64,000 bases of DNA, taken from assembly GCA_965235115.1 (NCBI GenBank), contig OZ249436.1:45510001-45574000 (forward strand). The letters are read 5' to 3'. This stretch comes from Laetmonice hystrix (Eukaryota). Below are positions 12,139-23,858 of this stretch, piece by piece. The notes beneath the pieces are model-generated. The model was not told the origin of the DNA, did no database searches, and was given only the letters and a program-made list of their open reading frames with translations. Each line of letters begins with the position of its first letter. Positions within the stretch are counted from its first letter, which is position 1. The translations under genes and the position numbers were made by a program.

Positions 12139-13522
12139 GACCTGTGTGACAAGAATCCCCCCGTGAGCTGACAGGTCTGTGTGACAAGAACCCCCGTGAC
12201 CTGACCTGTGTGACAAGAACCCCCGTGACCTGACCTGTGTGACAAGAACCCCCCCCGTGACCTGACCTGTGTGACAAGAACCCCCCCGTGACCTGACCTG
12301 TGTGACAAGAACCCCCGTGACCTGACCTGTGTGACAAGAACACCCCCCCGTGACCTGACCTGTGTGACAAGAACACCCCCCGTGACCTGACCTGTGTGAC
12401 AAGAACACCCCCTCGTGACCTGACCTGTGTGACAAGAACACCCCCCGTGACCTGACCTGTGTGACAAGAACACCCCCCCGTGACCTGACCTGTGTGACAA
12501 GAACACCCCCCCCCGTGACCTGACCTGTGTGACAAGAACCCCCCCGTGACCTGACCTGTGTGACAAGAACCCCCCCGTGACCTGACCTGTGTGACAAGAA
12601 CACCCCCCGTGACCTGACCTGTGTGAAAAGAACACCCCCCCGTGACCTGACCTGTGTGACAAGAACCCCCGTGACCTGACCTGTGTGACAAGAACACCCC
12701 CCCGTGACCTGACCTGTGTGACAAGAACACCCCCCGTGACCTGACCTGTGTGACAAGAACACCCGTGACCTGACCTGTGTGACAAGAACACCCCCCCCCG
12801 TGACCTGACCTGTGTGACAAGAACACCCCCCCGTGACCTGACCTGTGTGACAAGAACACCCCCCCCCCGTGACCTGACCTGTGTGACAAGAACCCCCCCG
12901 TGACCTGACCTGTGTGACAAGAACCCCCCCCGTGACCTGACCTGTGTGACAAGAACACCCCCGTGACCTGACCTGTGTGACAAGAACACCCCCCCGTGAC
13001 CTGACCTGTGTGACAAGAACACACCCCGTGACCTGACCTGTGTGACAAGAACACCCCCCGTGACCTGACCTGTGTGACAAGAACACCCCCCCGTGACCTG
13101 ACCTGTGTGACAAGCACACACCCCCGTGACCTGACCTGTGTGACAAGAACCCCCGTGACCTGACCTGTGTGACAAGAACCCCCCCCGTGACCTGACCTGT
13201 GTGACAAGAACCCCCCCCGTGACCTGACCTGTGTGACAAGAACACTCCCCCGTGACCTGACCTGTGTGACAAGAACCCCCCCCGTGACCTGACCTGTGTG
13301 ACAAGAACACTCCCCCGTGACCTGACCTGTGTGACAAGAACACCCCCCCCGTGACCTGACCTGTGTGACAAGAACACCCTCCCCGTGACCTGACCTGTGT
13401 GACAAGAACACACCCCGTGACCTGACCTGTGTGACAAGAACACACACACCCGTGACCTGACCTGTGTGACAAGAACACACACACCCGTGACCTGACCTGT
13501 GTGACAAGAACACCCCCCCCCC
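12139..13522. repeat. Minisatellite of about 30-34 bp with variable poly-C linker, about 43 copies
   Basis: Constant core GTGACCTGACCTGTGTGACAAGAA followed by a C-rich linker of variable length. Confidence 0.95.
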
Positions 13523-13935
13523 CTGTTTCAGGGCACCAATGCTCGTTTGACATCAAAACTTTAGATTTAGATACACTGCCTGACTTTCCGGGTTTTTTTT
13601 ACTTTCCCCTGGTTTCCGGTGTTATCATAGACGCTAACACCACGATACGATCTACAGATCCGGCATTTAATGGTATTCCTACGCCACTATCAGACTGATT
13701 GCTACTCTGTGACTCGCCGCCGCTACCTTTCCATCTAATCTTCAGATTTGGCCTAATCATGACTTATATCCCCACACTAAGTATACTCACACGTCAACAT
13801 CTATCTCGACACACGGTCACACCTGTACGACGGCCTGGGGGGTCATGGTTTCACATCATTTCGGTCAAATGTTGGCCATCGTTAGCACCGGAACAACTCT
13901 TTTTTTTTCAAGTGATGAGAGATGATATAGAAGGT

Positions 13936-14115
13936 GGGGGTGTCACTGTCGGTGTGAGTGTTGGTTGTGGGTGTGAGGAGGGGTGTGGGTGTGGGTGTGG
14001 GTGTGAGGATGGGAATTGGTGTAATTGTGGGTGTGGGTGTCAGGATGCGTGTGGGGCGGGGGGGCGGGGGGGGGTGAGTGTTGGGAGGTAGGGGTAGGGT
14101 GAGGATGGGCGGTGG
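13936..14115. repeat. (GGGTGT)n / G-rich low-complexity tract
   Basis: Read directly from the sequence. Confidence 0.8.
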
Positions 14116-14171
14116 TGAGAGTTCGGTGTGTTCTTTGTCTTGCGTTTGACGGTCGAACCACATTCAGAACT

Positions 14172-14293
14172 CCTCGGCTGTTTCCGTAAGGCCTATCTGG
14201 CCTCGGCTGTTTCCGCAAGGCCTATTTGGCCTCGGCTGTTTCCGTAATGCCTATCTGGCTTCGGCTGTTTCCGTAAGGCCTATCTGACCTCGG
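14172..14293. repeat. 29-bp tandem repeat, about 4 copies
   Basis: Unit CCTCGGCTGTTTCCGTAAGGCCTATCTGG. Confidence 0.9.
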
Positions 14294-14347
14294 ATGCATG
14301 CAGCCGCCATTTTGCCCAGGAAGATGGGCTTCCGGTTGTGAAGAGGC

Positions 14348-14761
14348 CGTCTTCCCACTATTTAGCGATAGAAATCGGCCGTTGGTCACGAGTTGACCCG
14401 GAGCAAAGACTGTGCCCCTGTGGATCTGTGCAGACTGAGAAACATGTTATTTGTGATTGCCCACGCACCATTGATATACGTGCCGGATATCCCACTGTTT
14501 CTTTTGATGATATCATTAGTTTCTTTAATAGCAATGACGTTGGTGCAATGTGCAGCGCAGCTGCCCGCACACTCCGCATATTTGAAAGTAGACAATGATA
14601 TACAGTCAGTCAGTGCACTGAGCGACCATCTTGTTATCAAATTACTTGCATATACTGAAATCTTTCTTGCCCACCTCTGCTCGTGAATTTGGGTGTTATA
14701 CGTGTTTTTTTTACTTTGTGTATTTTGTAATGGTTTCAGTAATAAAATACTACTACTACTA
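14348..14761 (+). mobile_element. 3' fragment of a non-LTR retrotransposon (RTEX-like C-terminal CCHC region plus tail)
   Basis: Translates SSHYLAIEIGRWSRVDPEQRLCPCGSVQTEKHVICDCP, the typical LINE ORF2 C-terminal SHxLxIExGR..C.C..H...C motif. Stop at 14598, then AATAAA and a (TAC)n tail at 14741-14761. Confidence 0.8.
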
Positions 14762-15383
14762 TGAATATGACCGACCGCAGTAGGCAGATATATTGCGACG
14801 CGCTGATTAAATATTCCCCAATATGGCATCATTCACTAACGTTATTTCTGCAATTTTGTGCACATACTTTAGCTGCCTTTTCATTTTCAAGGCAACGCAT
14901 TCCTTTGCTTAGACTATGTAAGGAAGACATCTGTCCATGAGTCTGACCGCTGCCTAACAACTAACTATCTTTGACGTCTGGCCGTGTCCTCCATGTTGTC
15001 AGTGACCTTCTTCTGCCCGTCCCGCCCCCGCCTACAACACTTTATACATTACACGGCCGAGATATGATAACAATGGTCGGTAGTGACCGAGTGGATCGAA
15101 TCAATGATAAACTTATTGTTAACATAATACCTACCATCACAATAATATTGGTCGCTGAATGAAGTACAGAATTACCCATAAAGATTTCACTGATATGGCC
15201 GGGGTCCCGAACAATGTTCAATAGTCGGATTGTGTGCCGTCTTTCTTATGGCTCTACCAACAATATAAACTGCAAATTAAAGTCAGTCCAATGTTCACTG
15301 TGAATGAAACAATGATACACCTGGCCAATTTGTCTCAATTTCTTAATGTCAACTATTAAAGACCGTGGAGTATCTGTATCCAG

Positions 15384-16383
15384 CAGAACTCACAGCGGCG
15401 TCTTTTAGGATCTTTCTCATAGGGCGTTAGAACTCACAGCGGCGTCTTCCAGGATCTTTCTCATAGAGCGTCAGAACTCACAGCGGCGTCTTTCAGGATC
15501 TTACTCATATAGGGCATCAGAACTCACAGCGGCGTCTTTTAGGATCTTTCTCATATAGGGCATCAGAACTCACAGCGGTGTCTTTTAGGATCTTTCTCAT
15601 ATAGGGCGTCAGAACTCACAGCGGCGTCTTTTAGGATCTTTCTCATATAGGGCGTCAGAACTCACAGCGGCGTCTTTTAGGATCTTTCTCATATAGGGCG
15701 TCAGAACTCACAGCGGCGTCTTTTAGGATCTTTCTCATATAGGGCGTCAGAACTCACAGCGGCGTCTTTTAGGATCTTTCTCATATAGGGCATCAGAACT
15801 CACAGTGGCGTCTTTTAGGATCTTTCTCATATAGGGCGTCAGAACTCACAGCGGCGTCTTTTAGGATCTTTCTCATATAGGGCATCAGAACTCACAGCGG
15901 CGTCTTTTAGGATCTTTCCCATATAGGGCGTCAGAACTCACAGCGGCGTCTTTTAGGATCTTTCTCATATAGGGCATCAGAACTCACAGCGGCGTCTTTT
16001 AGGATCTTTCCCATAGGGCATCAGAACTCATAGCGCTGCTCGGCATCTTTCAGAATCTTTCTCATAGGGCGTCAGAACTCACAGTGGCGTCTTTTAGGAT
16101 CTTTCTCATATAGGGCGTCAGAACTCACAGCGGCGTCTTTTAGGATCTTTCTCATATAGGGCATCAGAACTCACAGCGGCGTCTTTTAGGATCTTTCCCA
16201 TATAGGGCGTCAGAACTCACAGCGGCGTCTTTTAGGATCTTTCTCATATAGGGCATCAGAACTCACAGCGGCGTCTTTTAGGATCTTTCCCATAGGGCAT
16301 CAGAACTCATAGCGCTGCTCGGCATCTTTCAGAATCTTTCTCATAGGGCGTCAGAACTCACCTCATTAGGCGTCAGAACTCAC
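15384..16383. repeat. 46-bp minisatellite, about 21 copies
   Basis: Unit CAGAACTCACAGCGGCGTCTTTTAGGATCTTTCTCATATAGGGCGT. Confidence 0.95.
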
Positions 16384-16498
16384 ATCGTCTTATGTTTAAG
16401 GACCGTTCTCGTCAGAACTCTAGCGTCTCTACAGCGACGTAAAACGTGTTCAGCCGGTACACAGTGGTGGGAAACGGCGGTTGCTGTCCACGTCGGCT

Positions 16499-17017
16499 TG
16501 GTGGGTGGGTGTTTGGGGTTTTACGCCTCGCAACAGCCAGGGTCACATCACGGCGGTGAAGATGATGATGAAAGTCAGTTTTTCTTGGTGGAGGAAACCT
16601 CCCCGGAGGAAACCACGGGCCTTCGGGAAGGAACTGACTGACAAACCTATCACACATGCAGCCCTGGCCGGGGATCGAACCCGGACCGCAGTGGTGTGAG
16701 GCGATGGTCCTAGGTGTCATGAGCAAACACCTAATGCCCACCGCACACTATACGATTTGTTTATGATCCGATCGCATTCGGGGCTTACGACTCGCTTATG
16801 ATTTGCTTACGCCTCGCCTACGACTCACCTACGACGATCGGAAGGGTCGCAAGGCCCCAGACAGCCGATTCGAATTTTGAATCGGACCACAGTCGGACCT
16901 TAAAGTGTGCGGGGGCTTATGACTCGAGTCGTATAGTGTGCGGGGGCGTGTGATTTGCCGCCGACTGGGAATCGTATTATGTGTGGCGGGCATTAGACCA
17001 CTCGGCCACCCGAGGCC
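16499..17017 (-). mobile_element. tRNA-derived SINE with a V-domain-like core, interrupted by a MITE
   Basis: On the minus strand: A-box GGTGGCCGAGTGGT, B-box GGTTCGATCC, core GTGGTTTCCTCCGGGGAGGTTTCCTCC and a (CACC)n tail. A related 3' remnant lies at about 30819-30858. Confidence 0.8.
16735..16992. mobile_element. Harbinger-type MITE inserted between the SINE A and B boxes
   Basis: TIRs TGCCCACCGCACACTATACGAT / ATCGTATTATGTGTGGCGGGCA, flanked by TAA and TTA. Extra internal TIR copies (GTGTGCGGGGGC). Confidence 0.7.
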
Positions 17018-17497
17018 CACCTATCCACGTCGGCAAACTAACGCATGATATAGATGATCTAATGGTTGTCATGTGGCAACAGTTCGACCGGTAGATGGGT
17101 ACAAGTAACGACGTCATAAGGCGTAGGAAAAGTTTGAAATGTGGGGAGGGGCAGAGTATGTTTTGCCCCCCCCCCCCCCCCCCCCCCACTTTTTAATTTC
17201 AAAATTTTCCCGGGCGAGCATGCCCCCGGACCCCCTAGCTCTACGCTTCGCGCCTACGGCGCTCGTGATGGACTCATTTTGCCCCACCCCTTTTCATGGC
17301 CTTCCTACGCCACTGCATAACACAATATCGTGATCGTGACGTCACATAACAAAATCAGCGACTGTTGTGACGTTCTTTTCTCTGCTAAAAATAACTAACA
17401 TACATAAAAAAAACCCTTTCCTTTCATGTTGCCTATGCATTCTTCGAGCATTCCGGATTGTCACGTTTATGTATCTATACTAGTAGTATATGAAAAA

Positions 17498-18232
17498 GGC
17501 CTTTGTGAAGTCAAGCAAAGAATGCGATCATTTGTCACTGTACCGTCCGCATTACTGGCCTTTGTGAAGTCAAGCAAATAATGCGATCATTTGTCACGAC
17601 TGTACCGTCCGCATTACTGGCCTTTGTGAAGTCAAGCAAAGAATGCGATCATTTGTCACGACTGTACCGTCCGCATTACTGGCCTTTGTGAAGTCAAGCA
17701 AAGAATGCGATCATTTGTCACGACTGTACCGTCCGCATTACTGGCCTTTGTGAAGTCAAGCAAAGAATGCGATCATTTGTCACGACTGTACCGTCCGCAT
17801 TACTGGCCTTTGTGAAGTCAAGCAAAGAATGCGATCATTTGTCACGACTGTACCGTCCGCATTACTGGCCTTTGTGAAGTCAAGCAAAGAATGCGATCAT
17901 TTGTCACGACTGTACTGTCCGCATTACTGGCCTTTGTGAAGTCAAGCAAAGTATGCGATCATTTGTCACTGTACCGTCCGCATTACTGGCCTTTGTGAAG
18001 TCAAGCATAGAATGCGATCATTTGTCACGACTGTACCGTCCGCATTACTGGCCTTTGTGAAGTCAAGCAAAGAATGCGATCATTTGTCACTGTACCGTCC
18101 GCATTACTGGCCTTTGTGAAGTCAAGCAAAGAATGCGATCATTTGTCACTGTACCGTCCGCATTACTGGCCTTTGTGAAGTCAAGCAAAGAATGCGATAT
18201 TTGTCACGACTGTACTGTCCGCATTACTGGCC
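17498..18232. repeat. 62-bp minisatellite, about 12 copies
   Basis: Unit GGCCTTTGTGAAGTCAAGCAAAGAATGCGATCATTTGTCACGACTGTACCGTCCGCATTACT, with a 59-bp variant. Confidence 0.95.
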
Positions 18233-20004
18233 CTAGATGTATTGTTGGAAGATCGCGCGCCGTTAGTCGGCGAAACGAATTCCGTGTCATTCTGTGCAAG
18301 GAACTTGTTGGAGGCCACTCTGGGCCTACTAGAAGGTAGTCACTGACCTCTGACCTCTAAACTCTGGCCCGCTCCCACCTCCCAATCCTCCTACCATCAC
18401 AAACCCGTAACTTTTCTTAGTAGGGCTAATGTTTCTTCCAAATAATAAGAAATAAACGAATTCAACGATTAGAACCTGTTAGATATGTCAGCTTATAAAT
18501 CGGAGAGCCGAAGAGACAAATAATTATTTTCTTTAATTAGGATACTCAGAAATGAAAAAATATATAACAAAAAAATAGGGCCTGAACTTGTGTAGAGCGA
18601 CAAATAAACCAATGAACGTACCTGTCGCCAAGTAAAGTAGCGCAATCACTTTCACACAGGCCACGCCTTTCATCGCTGAGCTGATGCCAGGGTATGTCCG
18701 GTTTAGGTCTCGCCAGGCTAAGCTGGCCGCTGGTAAAGGTTGGTTTCCGAACACACGACCTGGTTGTTGGCAGTCGGTGGCAGCGGCTGCGGCAGGCGAC
18801 TGACCGGCGACGGTGACGGCGGCGGTCCAACGATGGCGGATAATAACAAACGTCTATCAAGAGACGGTTACGACTCGCGGCAAGGCTGGCATCACTGGTG
18901 TGGAACCATTCCTTCTTTCACAGGCCAACACGGTGCAAATCTTACCATTGTAATGTTGACATGTAGCGAAGGCAAAAACCGAACTTTTATACGTGTGGGT
19001 TTAAGCTTACTTGACCCTTTCAATGTTTGACGTTAGCACCCCGGTTTGGGAAGGTAAGCGGAGAGAGTAGCACGAATAATTTAGGGGTCTGGGCTGTTTC
19101 GCTTTCTATCCTTTGGACGCCCCTTGACGGAGAACGGATCCCTTACTTTCCTGAGTTACCCTGTGAGTTGCCTACCTAAATGAGTGCGCCGTCAAACGTG
19201 AACTGACGTGACGCTACTATTGGTGCAGAGTAAGGTGACACTCAAATACAGCGGTAACTCATCCCAGACGCGCTCCGTGGTGGCGCCCTCTAGTGGAAAC
19301 AACGGGGTGTTGTTTCGCCCACTTCGCGGATTGGGCCAGCAGAGCCACTGCATGCTGACACTCGGAGAGTAGCGTGGGCGGAAGGATATCTGAGCCGATG
19401 GCACACGTACACCAAACCTCCACCAGAGGTCGCTTTTGCTGGAACCAACCTCTTCTGGTTGTGTATTACACAAGTGAGACAGGCCGGGACTCGTCTCAGA
19501 GTCAAATGGACACCTGCGAGCAGTTAACTACTACTCACAAAATAATTATAATGAAACATTGCTTACATTATCAGAGGTTGTTTATCACTTCATGTTATTG
19601 TTCTTAAAGATTTAAATGTATCTAATTTGAGTTGAAACAGTTCAAATGCAAACTACTTTGCTGGACTATCTTGTACCGTTTGACTGCATTTCTATCTCTT
19701 CGATACGCCCCTTCACCGGCGTATGATCTGATGATGCAGATACGATGACACCTGTGCATTGTTGGAAGTCGATTTGACTTCCCACAATCCCTAACCAGCA
19801 GGGTCGTAGTCCCCAGAGTACGAGCAGTTTGACACGTAGGCCCTACACGTCCACTCGGCACACGGTTCGACTGACTGACGACATGTCTCGGCTATACGAC
19901 GGAGGTCGCCATGTTGTGGTGGGGGTGGGGTGGGTGGGTGGCTAGGTCGGGATCAGTGGCCCGGATGTAGACAACAGCAAACTGAAAGTCCCACGTGCCC
20001 CCGT

Positions 20005-20262
20005 GCCGAAAATGGAAAACTCGCCACTTAATTAGCCTGTGTCGGACTTTACAGAGTTAAAATATCTGCTTTGCCTCTACGGTATAAAATTCGAGAAGGA
20101 TCTGTTGAGAAATTGAACTACGTGCCTGTGCGCAGGGGGAAGTTCGACTATTTAGCCTACTGCTCATCTCTACATCCGCGATGCCGCTTTCCACGACTTT
20201 GCGCAAATCCTGGGGAAATGGCCGCTTAATTCATACATCCGAGGCCTGGTTCGCCTCCGGAA
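20005..20262. repeat. Dispersed repeat with an inverted paralog at about 36915-37210
   Basis: Shared blocks ACTTTACAGAGTTAAAATATCTG, AAAATTCGAGAAGGAT, GTGCCTGTGCG, TTTGCGCAAATCCTGGGG and GGCCTGGTTCGCCTCCG. Confidence 0.75.
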
Positions 20263-21894
20263 ATGACCTAGAAACAGCCAATTAGAAGCAGCGTCGGTGT
20301 TCCGAGTGGTACACGTCCACCTCCACACATAATGTGTCGTCTCCCCTGATTGGTGGACCGGAATAAAAACTTTCCTCCACCCTTACTGGTTGGTTTAGAC
20401 CAAGGTCGGAAGATATAGGTTGAGGACCATAGTATGACCCTGTAGCATACCTTAATGTTTTGTCCGAATTGGGGGGGGGGGTTGCCTACCCCCCGACCTG
20501 TATTGTACATCTTGACTCTGTTCAACACGATATTTCTAAAGACTGTCCCATTTTAGCTTGAGGTTGAAGGAGAGTGGTTATTACGAGGCGAAACGGTCGA
20601 ACTGTCTCTAATGTTTAAACTTTGACGCATTTCTTGGGGCTAGTCGCTAACCACATGCAGGCCTATAATTTGGTATAGGCCTACACTACAGGAGATCTAT
20701 TTTGTACTGGCCGCATCAAGCTGACTGTTTGAAAGATTCGGCGATTGCTGGGATGAAAAAACGTTGCCATTTTCCCTCGAAAGAACGTGATTGATTGCCA
20801 ATTCGCTCACGTCACGAGCTAGAAATAATTTAATATAATAATCTGCATCAGGCAGTATAACGCGGATATCAAGCATTGTTTGCAGTTTTGAATGTTTTGT
20901 CGTAATAATTAAAGGTAAGAAATAGCATCCTAACTTTCGGATTACATTTCTCCAAGACGCTTTTACATGCATACGTTTTCATCATTGCGTCAGCCCAAGG
21001 AAGACGAGACAGCTTGTGAATGTAAGCTACACGTCAACGGCATGGACATGGGGGTGAGTTTAGTTCTGCCATTTCGAGAAACATCGCATTGATGTAAATC
21101 TATACATCTTATATCTTATACTATCTTATAGAACTAAAGCTGGAAAATTATCATGGGCCGCGCGAGCCCAGGTGGCTGTAACCTTACCATACAATACATT
21201 TCTGGGATTGCTTTTGTCATGTTGGTTGGTCCAGTCCATGGTAAAGTGGCCCAAAAATAACGATGTGTTTCCTTAACCGTTTCATATGCCAAGTTGTGTA
21301 AAATTGATGGCAATGAGATGTTGTAGATGAGCTGAAGTATTATTTTACGGAGTGTCTACTGCCAAAGTACTTTGGGTGGAAGACGACCAAAACGCTATTG
21401 TCAAAGTACCAATCAGAAGCTGTGTTACATATGACCTAGATTTTTTGGCGCCAAGACTAGAACCAGGAGGTGCCATCTTGACTAGTCCTGCTATAATGAA
21501 GCTGAGTGACACGTTTCCGACGGACCATAGCTTTTCTGAGGCATTTGACCAGTACAAGCAGGGTCAGAATGTTGTAATTCTCTATGTCCAATTTGAAGGG
21601 TCGTTGGCAATAAAGCTCATGTTCAAAATATAGTACCACTTGACTTCCTGACTTTATTCTGTCAATAAACGTCACGTTAAAACAGCGTCACCTGACAAAG
21701 TACTTCGCCATCGAAAATGTCCCTGTGTGTCATGAAAAAGTGTGTCAAAACTAAATCTCAGGTCCAGAGATTTCATGTTTCCAGACAAAAAGGACGTTGG
21801 CTCAGTAGGTCATGCTTAGAAATTGTAGTATAGGCCTAATCACACTTTTTCCTGTCAAAGTAGGCCTACTTTGGTATTAAAAACCGTATTGATA

Positions 21895-22044
21895 CAGGGC
21901 GGATGCGGGATTTAGGAAGGGGGCGGGGTTAAGGGAAGAATTTTCTGGGGGAGGGGAGTAGTCATGAACAAGTAAGACCGTTCAATGGTGAAAAAAGACA
22001 AAATTGGCTAGGGGGGTTAACTCCCTACCCCCGGATCCGCCACT
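21895..22044. mobile_element. Short hAT-like MITE (CAG..GCGGAT / ATCCGCCACTG, poly-G/C core)
   Basis: TIR-like ends. Similar short elements with G/C homopolymer cores lie at about 11563-11722, 17118-17315, 34544-34790 and 41203-41371. The superfamily is inferred. Confidence 0.5.
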
Positions 22045-22784
22045 GATATAACGCGGTAATAGTTTGAACGTCCCCAAACAACTTTTGTGCTTTCACACTT
22101 CAGTGCATGTGTACCTATAGACTTTGGTAACAGCGCTTCCAGACAAAGTTATTCGTCCACACGTGCAATAAGAGTTCCTGATAAAGTTGCTGACAAAGTA
22201 CTTTGATACTGAAGCCCACGGTCTTCTGCACAATCGTGTGGCTTTATAATGCGGACACAGAACTTTGTTACATGCATCAACCCCGAGTTGACCCTATACA
22301 TGTTTCTTGCTTCCAAAGTACTTTGGCAGGATCAGGCAACAATCAGTTTGTAAGCCAGTCGCCCATTGGTACTTTGGCAGCAATTACCCTGGCTTGTTGC
22401 TGCCAAAGTAGAAATACTGTATTTTGATTGGTACTTTGGCAATAGCCTTTTGGTGGTCTTTCGCCCAAAGTACTTTGGCAGCAGCCATTGCCATTATTTT
22501 ATGCGTTTACACATAACTATGAAATATTTACACACGGATGTTTAGCATTATATTGCCGATTAAATGGTTCTTTTGCTGAACACGCTTTTACATCTTGAGT
22601 CATTTATATTTGCCTGTATTCCCCCTATGTTAGTAAAGCAGTTGTAAAAATGTCCCGCTATATATATATATTTAAATCGGTAATATCATTAGGTATTATA
22701 ATGAAAGTATCTTGTAGAGAACTTTTATCATCTTGTTTCGTGATTAGAAATCGTAGGGTACTCCAAATTTTGTTGATGTCACTT

Positions 22785-23253
22785 TAGCCTGGTCCCCGGT
22801 GCCTACCATACGCATCCTCTTGATGTTAGGCCCGGTGATGGCTAACAGAAAGCTGTAAAACAGAAGTGGTGATCTCCAAGCACTTCCGCCTCGGAGCTAA
22901 TCACTTCCGCCTCCGGTCCGTTGGTCAGCGTTAACAGAGTGATTGACTTCTGCTTGGAGCGTGGCAGGGAGTGGCCAACAATAGCAACATGCCCCTGCGT
23001 ATGCAGACCGTAGCAGGTGTGGGGACTGCTGACGCTATGTTTACATCCAGAAAAGCGAGGACATTTAACACTTGTATTTTAAAGGGATTGACGAAAATAT
23101 TTGTGTCTTGTTGGAGAAATACGGAGGGTACGGAACTATACCTCGTTTGCGTCCATGTTTTCGATGGGCCAATCACAACGCTTGCTTCGATTGGCCATCA
23201 CCAGGCTCTATATACGTAGTGTATACGTAGTGTTTAGACCGGGGACCAGGCTA
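22785..23253. mobile_element. AcademH-like non-autonomous DNA transposon, copy 1
   Basis: TIRs TAGCCTGGTCCCCGGT / ACCGGGGACCAGGCTA, with a perfect 9-bp TSD ATGTCACTT at 22776-22784 and 23254-23262. Confidence 0.85.
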
Positions 23254-23858
23254 ATGTCACTTCTGTAATTATTCAACAAGTATAGTACATTCGTTTCACT
23301 TTGCGTTTGACATTATTAAGCTTATTTCTAAATACTTGCCACTTGCGATTGTTTACCCAACTGTTTTTTGTAAAGCTTGTCACAAATAGTCGCGCGAGGC
23401 ATACGGGGTATTTCCCGTGTAGGACTAATTTACCTGAAAAGGTTCGCGCGGGGCATATACGGGGTATTCCCCGTGTAGGACTATATTGGCAAGATGCCAG
23501 ATTAGATTGGTGTCGACAAAGTTAGATGATTATACTATTGATATTGGGAAATCATTGTCAATAAATTGATTGTCTACTAAAATTCTCCCAGCTCCATAAA
23601 ATGATGAACCTTTTAATAAAAGTTGAAAACTAAACTGTGAACACTTTCTTACCTTGGGGAGGGGGGGGGGTCAATTGCTGGGGAAAACTATTGGGAAAAT
23701 AGTCCGGCCACTCGCAGTGGACATCAAAGTCTACTCACGAATGCCTATCAGATTGATTCTGTTGCCACATCCTGTGAGTAAACAGCAGTAATACTTTCTC
23801 TAGTAGAGACGGAAATACAAAAACTCTAGTAAGACTGGAGTAAAACGAGATAACTCCA

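Noticed and set aside
12139..13522. Constant repeat with variable spacer resembling a CRISPR array
   Set aside because: Spacers are only short C-rich linkers, not unique sequences. No cas genes, and the context is eukaryotic.
12099..13556. 450-485 aa ORFs in three minus frames
   Set aside because: Artefact of a stop-free minisatellite; the same three peptides cycle as the linker shifts the frame.
16660..17017. tRNA gene
   Set aside because: The A and B boxes belong to a SINE head that continues into a core and tail and is interrupted by a MITE. No cloverleaf.
21352..21633. 93-aa ORF near CCAAAGTACTTTGG palindromic repeats
   Set aside because: No recognisable domain or splice structure. Probably the interior of an unclassified repeat whose ends I could not define.
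22931..23219. Recurrent 80-150 aa ORF (MANNSNMPLRMQTV..) as a small gene family
   Set aside because: It lies within the AcademH-like MITE; copy 3 has frame-breaking indels and no known motif is present.
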